Below are positions 50,703 to 61,662 of a DNA stretch of 64,000 nucleotides, piece by piece. The position numbers and the translations under genes were made by a program. The DNA is from Candidatus Bathyarchaeota archaeon (GTDB lineage: Archaea > Thermoproteota > Bathyarchaeia > Bathyarchaeales > Bathycorpusculaceae), in contig CAWEZP010000003.1 in NCBI GenBank assembly GCA_963813675.1, positions 23,378 through 87,377 on the forward strand, given 5' to 3'. The notes under the pieces are model-generated. The model worked only from the letters and a program-made list of their open reading frames with translations. It made no database searches and was not told where the DNA came from. Position 1 is the first letter of the stretch. Each line of letters begins with the position of its first letter.

Positions 50703-51503
50703 TCAATTGATCTTTAATGAGGTCATAGATATTGAGCCTGCAACTGGCTGATCGTTGAACAACTCTATTTTTTCTTCTTCCTCTTTTAAAGCAAGCGCAT
50801 AAAGCATAGGCAAGTAATGTTCCGGAGTGGGAATTGCCAAATCAAAAGCCCTGCCTTGAGATTGATAATTAATTAATAGTTTATGGTCATCGTTTAAGAT
50901 GAATTTTTTCATTCGTTCACTTGCCTCAATTGCCCAATCGTAACCAAACTTCGATTCATCCATGTTATCCCATGAAATCATGCCTAAATTGTGAACCATG
51001 TTTCCACTTCCAATTATCAATATACCCTTCTTGCGAAACATAGACAACTGTTTTGCCAATTCATAATGAAACTGCGCGGTTTTTGTATAATCCAGGCTCA
51101 TTTGGACCACGGGTACGTTGGCATCAGGAAAAATGTGTTTTAAAACTATCCAGCAGCCATGGTCTAGTCCCCAATGAAAATCCAAATTTACATTTGTTTT
51201 GGTGATGATGCGGGTGATTTCTTGTGCTAAATTAAAGCTTCCAGGTGCGGGATATTGTATTTCATATAGTTCTTTTGGAAAGCCGAAAAAGTCGTGTATA
51301 GTCTTTGGTTTTTCAATTGCTGTTACGTATGTACCCTTGGTTTCCCAATGTGCAGATATGCAAAGGACTGCTGTGGGTTTGGGTATTCTTGTTGCAATGT
51401 ATCTGAATCCAGTTACGAATTCGTTTTCTTCAATAGCGTTCATTGGGCTGCCATGTCCTAAAAACAGCACAGGCATCTTTTGATGATCTTCAAAATTTTT
51501 CAT
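50703..51503 (-). CDS. ygiD: 4,5-DOPA extradiol dioxygenase (LigB family)
   Basis: FLGHGSPMNAI, ISAHWET, IHDFFGFP, GLDHG, GSGNMVHNL, PTPEHYLP. Confidence 0.93.
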   Translation of the reverse strand: MKNFEDHQKMPVLFLGHGSPMNAIEENEFVTGFRYIATRIPKPTAVLCISAHWETKGTYVTAIEKPKTIHDFFGFPKELYEIQYPAPGSFNLAQEITRIITKTNVNLDFHWGLDHGCWIVLKHIFPDANVPVVQMSLDYTKTAQFHYELAKQLSMFRKKGILIIGSGNMVHNLGMISWDNMDESKFGYDWAIEASERMKKFILNDDHKLLINYQSQGRAFDLAIPTPEHYLPMLYALALKEEEEKIELFNDQPVAGSISMTSLKIN

Positions 51504-51698
51504 TAGTGTTTGCAACCTTAATTTTAACTTGCAAAATATGGAATAAACCTTTTTCTTTTCCAAGATAGTTCTGAGAATCTTCGATGAGACAAAAATAATT
51601 TATAATCAGTCTTTAGGTTTGCGCTTTCTTGCTGTTGTAGCTAGGTAGCAGTCACATACCGTTATGTAACTAAATGTAAAACTAGCTATAGACCATTA

Positions 51699-52697
51699 AT
51701 GTCTGATATTATTACAGTGAAGAATCTTGTTGAGATCTACTCTGATGGCACCAAAGCCGTTGACGATATTTCATTCAACGTAGCAGAAGGCGAATTTTTC
51801 GGTTTCTTGGGTCCAAACGGCGCTGGCAAGAGCACAACCATCAAAATTTTAACAACTCTCTTAAGAAAAACATCTGGTACTGTTAATATTGCTGGATATG
51901 ACGTTGAGAAGCAACCAGCTGCCATACGCAAGATTATAGGTGTTCAAAGCCAAGAAACAACTGTTGATGGTGACCTAACAGGAAGAGAAAATATTACCCT
52001 ACAAGGGCATTTCCACCAGATGAACGGAGACGAAATAAAAAAACGTGTGAATGAGCTACTGATTCTTGTGGGACTTGAATCAGCTTCCGAAAAACGTGCT
52101 AGAAACTACTCTGGTGGCATGAAAAAACGCCTAGACTTAGCGACGGCGCTTATTCATAAACCCAAAATCCTGTTTCTTGACGAGCCAACAACCGGTTTGG
52201 ATCCCCAGTCACGCTCAGCCATTTGGAGTTATCTAGAAAAAATAAACAAAGAAGAGGGCATCACCATTTTCTTAACAACGCAATATCTAGAAGAAGCAGA
52301 CAAGTTATGCAAGAGGCTTTCAATTATTGACGTGGGAAAAATAGTTGCAAGTGGCTCTCCCAAAGAGCTTAAACAGGAAATTGGAGCAGATTCTATCAGA
52401 ATATCTCTTGAAAATTGCGATAAAGACAAAGAAAGAGCAAAGGAACTCATAAAGAGCCTTACAGATGTAAATCAAATATTGGATTCCGAAGAATGTCTTA
52501 CAGTTTACGCTAAGAATGCGGGGTTGCTGATTGCTGACATTGTTCGGGCTTTAGATAGTAGCGACATTCGTCTTGCTTCTGTAACTTTTTCTTCTCCCTC
52601 TTTGGATGATGTTTTTATGAAGCACACCGGAAAAAGAATTCGTACTGAAGAGTTGGTTAAAGCTCCCAGTAGAATGTTTGGAGGTCGACGCTTTTGA
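51699..52697 (+). CDS. DrrA-type ABC exporter ATP-binding subunit
   Basis: GPNGAGKS, YSGGMKKR, DEPTTGLDPQSR, PSLDDVF. Confidence 0.95.
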   Translation: MSDIITVKNLVEIYSDGTKAVDDISFNVAEGEFFGFLGPNGAGKSTTIKILTTLLRKTSGTVNIAGYDVEKQPAAIRKIIGVQSQETTVDGDLTGRENITLQGHFHQMNGDEIKKRVNELLILVGLESASEKRARNYSGGMKKRLDLATALIHKPKILFLDEPTTGLDPQSRSAIWSYLEKINKEEGITIFLTTQYLEEADKLCKRLSIIDVGKIVASGSPKELKQEIGADSIRISLENCDKDKERAKELIKSLTDVNQILDSEECLTVYAKNAGLLIADIVRALDSSDIRLASVTFSSPSLDDVFMKHTGKRIRTEELVKAPSRMFGGRRF

Positions 52698-53467
52698 CTT
52701 TGCTGTCTGATACTCGTTACGTTTTCGTAAGGTATATTAGAAAACTTGTTCGAACTCCTATTCTGCTTTTCTTTTCACTCTTTCAGCCTATCTTGTTCCT
52801 CGTATTATTCACACAGTTGTTGACAAGGCTGGGTAATTTTCCTGGAATACTACCGTCAGGTGTAGGCTACTTAGAGTTTGCGACTGCTGGGATTCTTATG
52901 CAAAATGCTTTTGGAAGTGCCTTGCAGTCAGGAAACTCGATTGTGGCTGACATCGACTCGGGTTTTTTGCAGAAAATGTTGGTGACACCGATGAGTCGTC
53001 CTGCTATTCTTCTAGGGCGATTGACCAGCGACGCTTTTAGAGTGGTCATACAGACAGCTATTATTCTTGGCTTAGCATATGTTTTGGGCGCCTTCGTTAC
53101 TACCGGAGTTATTGGAATTCTACTGATCTTCTTCACGATTGCGTTCTTTGGTCTTGCGTGGTCAGGAATTTCTCTAGCATTGGGCATGAAGACAAGAAGT
53201 GCAGAGACTGTTTTTGCGATCGGCGGAGTCATTACTTTCCCGCTACTGTTCTTAAGTTCAGCTTTGTTCCCAATTAGCTTCTTGCCTGAATGGGTACAAA
53301 CTGTTTCGAAGTTTAACCCTGTGAGTTACGCTGTCGACGCCTGTCGTGTTCTAATGATCAATGGTTATGACTGGGGTACGATACTTCCTGCTTGGGGAGT
53401 AATAGGGTTAGTAGCTGTTATAACATTGAGTGCTACTCTCTACCAATTCAGAAAAGTAGTCAGCTAA
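52694..53467 (+). CDS. ABC-2 permease
   Basis: Six TMs; FLSSALFP, NPVSYAVDACR. Confidence 0.93.
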   Translation: MTLLSDTRYVFVRYIRKLVRTPILLFFSLFQPILFLVLFTQLLTRLGNFPGILPSGVGYLEFATAGILMQNAFGSALQSGNSIVADIDSGFLQKMLVTPMSRPAILLGRLTSDAFRVVIQTAIILGLAYVLGAFVTTGVIGILLIFFTIAFFGLAWSGISLALGMKTRSAETVFAIGGVITFPLLFLSSALFPISFLPEWVQTVSKFNPVSYAVDACRVLMINGYDWGTILPAWGVIGLVAVITLSATLYQFRKVVS

Positions 53468-53769
53468 AAAGCTGATCTTACCTGGTTGGATAGATGAGTA
53501 CATCAATTTCTGAAGGTTTAGGTAATGGCTTAATTTTTTATTTAGCCAGCAAACTTACGGGTTTCCAAAACTTAGTTTAACCCATTCAAACTAAGAATAA
53601 GTTATCCTGACATAAATGACATTTTATAATCAAGCATCACTTCAAACTACTCCTTGGGCAAAAAAAGCGCTGCTTATCGGCGCACAACTGTAAAAGTGGT
53701 AATGCAACTAAATTGTTTTAATGCTTGTTATAAAAAGGGTCTATTTTGGATTAATTGATTCTATTTTTT

Positions 53770-53799
53770 CTATATAGATTATGTAGGCTATCTCTATAG
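53770..53799 (+). promoter_or_regulatory. Spaced motif CTATA-N4-TTATGTAG-N8-TATAR, copy 1
   Basis: CTATA TAGA TTATGTAG GCTATCTC TATAG upstream of the 42-aa ORF. Confidence 0.6.
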
Positions 53800-53849
53800 G
53801 GATCTTCGATTACATATTCATTTGAACATGGGAAGAGGTGAATAGAAGA

Positions 53850-53978
53850 ATGATTTCAAGAGATTGTGATGGCTGCTCAATACTTAAGGAATGTAGCAAA
53901 CGCTACGAAAGAGCAACAACTGGTGATAAAGTCTATTGTCCTGATGGGACTGCTCACTTAATTGATCAGTCAATGTAA
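53850..53978 (+). CDS. 42-aa Cys/His-rich microprotein
   Basis: GAGGTGA SD; MISRDCDGCSILKECSKRYERATTGDKVYCPDGTAHLIDQSM; frame and all Cys kept in the mirrored haplotype. Confidence 0.7.
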   Translation: MISRDCDGCSILKECSKRYERATTGDKVYCPDGTAHLIDQSM

Positions 53979-54113
53979 ATTATGAACTTTTTGTAGATGC
54001 AATTTGAATAATTGCTCACCCTTTTGATTTAGCCGAAATGGTAACTGCTGTTCTATTTGTTTTTGATGACTAATTCAATTGCGGGTTCAGAATGTATTTT
54101 TCTTCTAAAGTAT

Positions 54114-54143
54114 CTATAGAAATTATGTAGAGAAGGGTTATAG
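54114..54143 (+). promoter_or_regulatory. Spaced motif, copy 2
   Basis: CTATA GAAA TTATGTAG AGAAGGGT TATAG. Confidence 0.55.
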
Positions 54144-54244
54144 AGTTAACCTGTTGTTTTATTTTTAATTTTTCTTAATCATTTTCAATGATGTGAGAGA
54201 TAGTTTATTTTAACAGGAAAAAAATATTTTAAAACAAAGAAAAA

Positions 54245-55330
54245 TTAGCTTAGAACTGCTTCGACGTTTAAGTTCAATACAACTTCGGAAATATCACTAG
54301 CATATTCAGCTGTGCGTCTGACGCTCTCAATAAGCAATCTTAAGTTAACGATTTCTTCAACCTTAGCATTCTGCGAGGAAAGAACAGCCTCTTTCTCCAA
54401 CTTATGAACCTGGCTCAGTTTTTCGATAACATCCTCAGCCAAGTTAAAGTCATGCTTAAACAATGCTTCCATTGAATTCTCAAACATCGAATTGGCTAAA
54501 CCGCTTAACAGGCCAATATTATCCAATGTCTCCTGGTTCACTTGTTCTTTTAGCAGTAGAGTATTTTCAGCGATTTTAGTTGCATGATCAGCTGTTCTCT
54601 CAACAGACTTTGCAATAAGTCTATAGCCTAAGCAGTCTCTTTGGTTGGCTAAGCCGATTTCTTTTACGATTCTTTGATTTGAAACAGCCATCTTCAAAAG
54701 CCGAACGATGTACAACCCGAAGCGGTTTACTTCGCGGTCGGTTTCAATAACTGCCTTAGAGCTGGAATAGTCGAGTTTTTTTAGTGCTTCTATGGCTTCT
54801 TTATGCATTGATGAGGCTATTATTGACATTCTGCTTAACGCATTTTGAATAGTTAATTCAGGATAATTAAGCAAAACCTGTAGTGTCAAGTCGGTGGGGC
54901 TGTCTATGACAATTTCAGTTCCAACCAAATAGTTTCTGGCAAAGTTCTTGATGTGGTTTCGAAGTTTTGAAGACAGCCCTTTTTGCCCCTGCGCGCTAAT
55001 ATGCAAAATGTTGTAGCCGCTCAAATAAGCGGAAATTGCTGTTCGCATGATGGCGTCCGGGTTGTCGTTTAAGGACGCTTTGATGAATGCTTCGTCTTGT
55101 TTTTCTTTTTTCGGAAAACTTGAAGATTTAATTGATAGTGAGCCGTCGTCCTCTTCACGGACCACCATGGGACTTCCACGTTTGAGCTCGTTCTTGATGG
55201 CCCAGCCCTTGGGCAAGGAAAGTATGAAAGTTGATCCGCCGGTGACTTGAAGCTTGCGTTGCTCTTCACTTAGTTTTTTAGGTTCTTTGGTCACACTTGT
55301 CTCCAGGTAACTCTTTCTATGGTGCGTCAT
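54245..55330 (-). CDS. phoU: Archaeal phosphate uptake regulator (AbrB N-terminus + 2 PhoU domains)
   Basis: RKLQVTGGSTFILSLPKGW AbrB motif; ERTADHA and RRTAEYASDISE PhoU repeats; divergent from pstS. Confidence 0.93.
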   Translation of the reverse strand: MTHHRKSYLETSVTKEPKKLSEEQRKLQVTGGSTFILSLPKGWAIKNELKRGSPMVVREEDDGSLSIKSSSFPKKEKQDEAFIKASLNDNPDAIMRTAISAYLSGYNILHISAQGQKGLSSKLRNHIKNFARNYLVGTEIVIDSPTDLTLQVLLNYPELTIQNALSRMSIIASSMHKEAIEALKKLDYSSSKAVIETDREVNRFGLYIVRLLKMAVSNQRIVKEIGLANQRDCLGYRLIAKSVERTADHATKIAENTLLLKEQVNQETLDNIGLLSGLANSMFENSMEALFKHDFNLAEDVIEKLSQVHKLEKEAVLSSQNAKVEEIVNLRLLIESVRRTAEYASDISEVVLNLNVEAVLS

Positions 55331-55353
55331 TATATTAGGTGCACCTATATAGA

Positions 55354-55383
55354 CTATAAATTTTATGTAGGTTCACTATATAA
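55354..55383 (+). promoter_or_regulatory. Spaced motif, copy 3, in the phoU/pstS divergent promoter
   Basis: CTATA AATT TTATGTAG GTTCACTA TATAA. Confidence 0.65.
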
Positions 55384-55416
55384 CCTCGCGGTCTTTTTAA
55401 TAGTTCGAAAAGGAGA

Positions 55417-56544
55417 ATGGAGAATATGAACAGTAAATATACTATTATAATCGCAATAGTTGCAATCGCAATAATAATCGGTTCAGTAGCCGCATATGTT
55501 TACCTCTCACAGCCCTCAACATCATCAGCGTCAATATCTTTGCAGGGTGCCGGAGCAACATTTCCGTATCCGTTTCTTAACGCTATAATAACCAAATACT
55601 CAACAGACGTCAAACCCAACGTCTTAGTAAACTACCAATCCATAGGTAGCGGCGGAGGAATAGCAGCTCTAAAGCAACCAACACCTACAGTAGATTTTGC
55701 AGCATCAGACGCTCCACTTAGCGCTACAGACGCAGCAAACATCCCTAATGCACTGCACATTCCCGAAACCATCGGTGCAGTAACAGTCGCTTACAACCTT
55801 CCAGACGTCCCGTCGGGACTCCATTTAACGGGCAAAGTTATTGCAGACATTTTCCAAGGAACCATAACTAAATGGAACGACCAAGCAATTCAAAACCTTA
55901 ATCCAGATACCATGCTTCCAGCCCAAACAATCAATACAGTTCACCGTTCAGACGGTTCAGGAACCACCTTTATCTTCACAGGCTACCTTAGCGCCTCAAG
56001 CACATCATGGAACACCACAGTTGGACAAGGCAAATCAGTGTCATGGCCAGTCGGCACAGGCTCAAGCGGAAACACCGGAGTTGCTTCCTCAGTAAACGGC
56101 ATACAATACTCAATAGGCTACGTCGAATTAGCGTATATTCTCGAGAATGGCATGACAGTTGCAGCAATCCAAAATCCAGCCGGCAACTGGATTCAACCAA
56201 GTTTAGAATCAACACAATTAGCCGTTCAATCAGGCGCATCAAGTGGTTTACCAGCTGGTGATGCAAGCTGGACTAACGTCAGCCTCCTAAACGCTCCAGA
56301 TGCAAACGCATACCCAATCGTCAGCTTCACCTACTTACTATCCTACAAGGAGCTAAATGAGATTCCAGGAATGACACAGGACAAAGCAACAGCGCTCGTC
56401 CAATTCTTCTGGTACGTAGTTCATGACGGGCAAGACTTAGCGCCAGGGCTTTCATACGCAAAACTGCCATCAAACGTTGTGCAAATCGACGAAGCAACTA
56501 TCAGATCCATAACATTCAACGGACAACAACTCCCAACAACATAA
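55417..56544 (+). CDS. pstS: Phosphate ABC transporter substrate-binding protein
   Basis: [49 protein letters not shown]. Confidence 0.96.
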   Translation: MENMNSKYTIIIAIVAIAIIIGSVAAYVYLSQPSTSSASISLQGAGATFPYPFLNAIITKYSTDVKPNVLVNYQSIGSGGGIAALKQPTPTVDFAASDAPLSATDAANIPNALHIPETIGAVTVAYNLPDVPSGLHLTGKVIADIFQGTITKWNDQAIQNLNPDTMLPAQTINTVHRSDGSGTTFIFTGYLSASSTSWNTTVGQGKSVSWPVGTGSSGNTGVASSVNGIQYSIGYVELAYILENGMTVAAIQNPAGNWIQPSLESTQLAVQSGASSGLPAGDASWTNVSLLNAPDANAYPIVSFTYLLSYKELNEIPGMTQDKATALVQFFWYVVHDGQDLAPGLSYAKLPSNVVQIDEATIRSITFNGQQLPTT

Positions 56545-56545
56545 G

Positions 56546-57192
56546 GTGGATAAAGCTCTGAAACAGCTCCACCCCCAAAAGTTTTTTACTAAAAGAATTA
56601 AATCCAGATTAACAGGCGACTTTCTGTTCAAGAATTTGGCCGCTATTGTGGCTGCTTCAGCAGTTGTCATCCTAATAATAACTGGATACGTTCTTACAAC
56701 CGGTTCCGTGCCTGTAGTGCAAAAGTTTGGTGCAAATTTTTTCTTAGGCAACGCTTGGAACCCTGTTGAAGGCAGAGAACTCTTCGGTGCGCTCCCCTAT
56801 GTAGTGGGGATTGTTTGTTACCTCAGGAATCGCGCTGTTAATCGGGGTGCCGTTAAGTTTGGGCATAGCAGTTTTTCTTGTGGAAATGGCGCCAAGAACT
56901 CTCCAGAGTGCCAATAAACTTACATAGTTGAACTATTGGCGGCTGTTCCAAGCGTGATCTATGGGCTTTGGGGCTTATTCATTTTCCGTTATTGGATTCT
57001 TGATTACATAGAAAAACCAATATCAACCTATCTTGGTTGGCTTCCGATTTTTAGCGGAACTCCGTTTGGTTTGGATATCTTTACTGCGGGAGTAATCCTT
57101 GCAATCATGATTATCCCTACGGTAGCATCCATCTCGAAGGAAGTTATCAGTGCTGTTCCCAATAGCATCCGAGAAGGCGCTTACAGTATTGG
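56546..57192 (+). CDS. pstC: Phosphate ABC permease, frameshifted and truncated at the foldback centre
   Basis: LAAVPSVIYGLWG, AGVILAIMIIP, VPNSIREGAYSIG, then abrupt inversion. Confidence 0.88.
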
Positions 57193-57199
57193 CAATAAA

Positions 57200-57847
57200 C
57201 CAATACTGTAAGCGCCTTCTCGGATGCTATTGGAACTAGCACTGATAACTTCCTTCGAGATGGATGCTACCGTAGGGATAATCATGATTGCAAGGATTAC
57301 TCCCGCAGTAAAGATATCCAAACCAAACGGAGTTCGCTAAAAATCGGAAGCCAACCAAGATAGGTTGATATTGGTTTTTCTATGTAATCAAGAATCCAAT
57401 AACGGAAAATGAAGTAGGCCCAAAGCCCATAGATCACGCTTGGAACAGCCGCCAATAGTTCAAAATAGGTAACTTATTGGCACTCTGAGAGTTCTTGGCG
57501 CCATTTCCACAAAAACTGCTATGCCCAAACTTAACGGCCCCAATTAACAGCACAATTGCTTGAGTTAATTTTAAGAACCCCTCCCCACTACATAGGGGAG
57601 CGCACCGAAGAGTTCTCTGCCTTCCGACAGGGTTCCAAGCGTTGCCTAAGAAAAAGTTTGCACCAAACTTTTGCACTACAGGCACGGAACCGGTTGTAAG
57701 AATTTATCCAGTTATTATTAGGATGACAACTGCTGAAGCAGCCACAATAGCGGCCAAATTCTTGAACAGAAAGTCGCCTGTTAATCTGGATTTAATTCTT
57801 TTAGTAAAAAACTTTTGGGGGTGGAGCTGTTTCAGAGCTTTATCCAC
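57200..57847 (-). pseudogene. pstC: Mirrored, indel-ridden pstC copy
   Basis: Reverse complement of 56546-57192 with many small indels. Confidence 0.75.
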
Positions 57848-57848
57848 C

Positions 57849-58964
57849 TTATGTTTGTTGGGAGTTGTTGTCCGTTGAATGTTATGGATCTGATAGTTGC
57901 ATTAATTACACAACGTTTGATGGCAGTTTTGCGTATGAAAGCCCCTTCCCACGCTTGCCCGTCATGAACTACGTACCAGAAGAATTGGACGAGCGCTGTT
58001 GCTTTGTCCTGTGTCATTCCTGGAATCTCATTTAGCTCCTTGTAGGATAGCAAGTAGGTGAAGCTGACGATTGGGTATGCGTTTGCATCTGGAGCGTTTA
58101 GGAGGCTGACGTTAGTCCACCTTGCATCACCAGCTGGTAAACCACTTGATGCACCTGATTGAACGGCTAATTGTGTTGATTCTAAACTTGGTTGAATCCA
58201 GTTGCCGTCTGGATTTTGGGATTTCTGCAACTGTAATCCCGTCTCGAGAATATACGCTAATTCGACGTGGCCTATTGGTGTCTGCCGTTTACTGAGGAAG
58301 CAACTCAGGTGTTTCCGCTTGAGCCTGTGCCGACTGGCCATGACACTAGTTGCCTTGCCGACTGTCATGTCCGTGATCCTGCTTCAAGGCGCTAAGGTAG
58401 CCTGTGAAGATAAAGGTGGTTCCTGAACCGTCTGAACGGTGAACTGTATTGATTGTTTGGGCTGGAAGCATGGTATCTGGATTAAGGTATTGCTTGGTCG
58501 TTCCATTTAGTTATGGTTCCTTGGAAAATGTCTGCAATAACTTTGCCCGTTAAATGGAGTCCCGACGGGACGTCTGGAAGGTTGTAAGCAGTGTTTACTG
58601 CACCGATCGGTTCGGGAATGTGCAGTGCATTAGGGATGTTTGCTGCATCTTGTAGCGCTAAGTGGAGCGTCTGATGCTGCAAAATCTACCTGTAGGTGTT
58701 GGTTGCTTTAGAGCTGCTATTCTCCGCCGCTACCTATCGATTGGTAGTTTACTAAGACGTTGGGTTTGACGTCTGTTGAGTATTTGGTTATTATAAGCGT
58801 TAAGAAACGGATACGGAAATGTTGCTCCGGCACCACTGCAAAGATATTGACGCTGATGATGTTGAGGGCTGTGAGAGGTAAACATATGCGGCTACTGAAC
58901 CGAGTATTATTGCGATTGCAACTATTGCGATTATAATAGTATATTTACTGTTCATATTCTCCAT
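57849..58964 (-). pseudogene. pstS: Mirrored, indel-ridden pstS copy
   Basis: Fragment ORFs 57832..58368 and 58482..58682 match PstS peptides. Confidence 0.75.
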
Positions 58965-59050
58965 TCTCCTTTTCGAACTATTAAAAAGACCGCGAGGTTA
59001 TATAGTGAACCTACATAAAATTTATAGTCTATATAGGTGCACCTAATATA

Positions 59051-60108
59051 ATGACGCACCATAGAAAGAGTTACCTGGAGACAAGTGTGACCAAAGAACC
59101 TAAAAAACTAAGTGAAGAGCAACGCAAAAACTTCAAGTCACCGGCGGATCAACTTTCATACTTTCCTTGCCCAAGGGCTGGGCCATCAAGAACGAGCTCA
59201 AACGTGGAAGTCCCATGGTGGGTCCGTGAAGAGGACGACACTCACTATCAATTAAATCTTCAAGTTTTCCGAAAAAGAAAAACAAGACGAAGCATTCATC
59301 AAAGCGTCCTTAAACGACAACCCCGGACGCCATCAAAGCGCGATTTCCCAGTTTGAGCGGCTACAACATTTTGCATATTAGCGCGCAGGGGCCAAAGGGC
59401 TGTCTTCAAAACTTCGAAACCACATCGAGAGAACTTTTGCCAGAAACTATTTGGTTTGGAACTGAAATTGTCATAAGAGAGGCAGACAGCCCGCCGACTT
59501 GACGCTACAGGTTTTGCTTAATTATCCTGAATTAACTATTAGAAATACAGAATGTCAATAATAGCCTCATCAATACATTAAAGAAGCCATAGAAGCACTA
59601 AAAAAACTCAACTATTCCAGCTCTAAGGCAGTTATTGAAACCAACCGCGAAGTAAACCGCTTCCGGTTGTGCATCGTTCGGCTTTTGAAGATGGCTCTTA
59701 CAAATAGAAGAATCGTAAAAGAAATCGGCTTAGCCAACCAAAGAACTGTAGGCTATAGACTTATTGCAAAGTCTGTTGAGAACAGCTGATCATGCAACTA
59801 AAATCGCTGAAAACTCTACTGCTAAAAGAACAAGTGAACCAGGAGACATTGGATAATATCACCTGTTAAGCGGTTTAGCCAATTCGATGTTTTAATTCAA
59901 TGGAAGCATTGTTTAAGCATAGACTTTAACTTGGCTAAGGATGTTTATCGAAAAACTGAGTTATAGGCTGTTCTTCCCTCGCAGAATGCTAAGGTTGAAG
60001 AAATCGTTAACTTAAGATTGCTTGTAGACGTCAGACACACAGCTGAATACTGTAGGTGATATTTCCGAAGTTGTATTGAACTTAAACGTCGAAGCAGTTC
60101 TAAGCTAA
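59051..60108 (+). pseudogene. phoU: Mirrored, indel-ridden phoU copy
   Basis: Starts MTHHRKSYLETSVTKEPKK, then repeated frameshifts. Confidence 0.75.
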
Positions 60109-60376
60109 TTTTTCTTTGTTTTAAAATATTTTTTCCTGTTAAAATAAACTATCTCTCACATCATTGAAAATGATTAAGAAAAATTAAAAATAAAACAACA
60201 TGTTAGCTCTATAACCCTTTTCTACATAATCTCTATATATACTTTAGAAGAAAAACATATTCTGAACCAGCTATTGCATCATTTAGCAAACACAAATAGA
60301 ACGGTAGTTAACATTTCCGTTAAATCTAAAGGGTGAGCAATTATTCAAATTGCATCAACAAAAAAAAGTTCATAAT

Positions 60377-60505
60377 TTACATTGACTGATCAATTAAGTG
60401 AGCAGTCCCATCAGGACAATAGACTTTATCACCAGTTGTTGCTCTTTCGTAGCGTTTTCTACATTCCCTAAGTATTGAGCAGCCATCACAATCTCTTGAA
60501 ATCAT
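60377..60505 (-). CDS. Mirrored copy of the 42-aa Cys-rich microprotein (K>R, S>R variant)
   Basis: Reverse complement of 53850-53978 with intact frame. Confidence 0.6.
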   Translation of the reverse strand: MISRDCDGCSILRECRKRYERATTGDKVYCPDGTAHLIDQSM

Positions 60506-60888
60506 TCTTCTATTCACCTCTTCCCATGTTCAAATGAATATGTAATCGAAGATACCTATAGAGATAGCCTACATAATCTATATAGAAAAAATAGAATCAA
60601 TTAATCCAAAATAGACCCTCTTCTATAACAAGCATTAAAACAATTTAGTTGCATTACCACTTTTACAGTTGTATCCCGATATGCCGCGCTTTTTTTGGCC
60701 AAGAAGTAGTTTGAAGTGATGCTTGATTACCAAATGTCGTTTATGTCAGGATAACTTATTCTTAGTTTGAATGGGTTAAACTAAGTTTTGGAAACCCGTA
60801 AGTTTGCAGGCTAAATAAAAAATTAAGCCACTACCTAAACCTTCAGAAATTGATATACTCATCTATCCAACCAGGTAAGATCATCTTT

Positions 60889-61662
60889 TTAACTGACTAC
60901 TTTTCTGAATTGGTAGAGAGTAGCACTCAATGTTATAACAGCTACTAACCCTATTACTCCCCAAGCAGGAAGTATTGTACCCCAGTCAAATCCATTGATC
61001 ATTAGAACACGACAGGCGTCGACAGCGTAACTCACAGGGTTAAACTTCGAAACAGTTTGTACCCAATCAGGCAAGAAGCTAATTGGGAACAAAGCTGAAC
61101 TTAAGAACAGTAGCGGGAAAGTAATGACTCCGCCGATCGCAAAAACAGTCTCTGCACTTCTTGTCTTCATGCCCAATGCTAGAGAAATTCCTGACCACGC
61201 AAGACCAAAGAACGCAATCGTGAAGAAGATCAGTAGAATTCCAATAACTCCTGTAGTAACGAAGGCGCCCAAAACATATGCTAAGCCAAGAATAATAGCT
61301 GTCTGTATGACCACTCTAAAAGCGTCGCTGGTCAATCGCCCTAGAAGAATGGCAGGACGACTCATCGGCGTCACCAACATTTTCTGCAAAAAACCCGAGT
61401 CAATGTCAGCCACAATCGAGTTTCCTGACTGCAAGGCACTTCCAAAAGCATTTTGCATTAGAATCCCAGCAGTCGCAAACTCTAAGTAGCCTACTCCTGA
61501 CGGTAGTATTCCAGGAAAATTACCCAGCCTTGTCAACAACTGTGTGAATAATACGAGGAACAAGATAGGCTGAAAGAGCGAAAAGAAAAGCAGAATAGGA
61601 GTTCGAACAAGTTTTCTAATGTACCTTACGAAAACGTAACGTGTATCAGACAGCAGAGTCAA
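60889..61662 (-). CDS. Mirrored ABC-2 permease (allelic variant)
   Basis: Same protein as 52694..53467 except E>D and Y>F. Confidence 0.88.
   Translation of the reverse strand: MTLLSDTRYVFVRYIRKLVRTPILLFFSLFQPILFLVLFTQLLTRLGNFPGILPSGVGYLEFATAGILMQNAFGSALQSGNSIVADIDSGFLQKMLVTPMSRPAILLGRLTSDAFRVVIQTAIILGLAYVLGAFVTTGVIGILLIFFTIAFFGLAWSGISLALGMKTRSAETVFAIGGVITFPLLFLSSALFPISFLPDWVQTVSKFNPVSYAVDACRVLMINGFDWGTILPAWGVIGLVAVITLSATLYQFRKVVS

Noticed and set aside
57181..57211. Protelomerase-type hairpin telomere
   Set aside because: The centre is ordinary pstC coding sequence with a non-palindromic spacer, and no telomere resolvase is visible; not excluded without reads.
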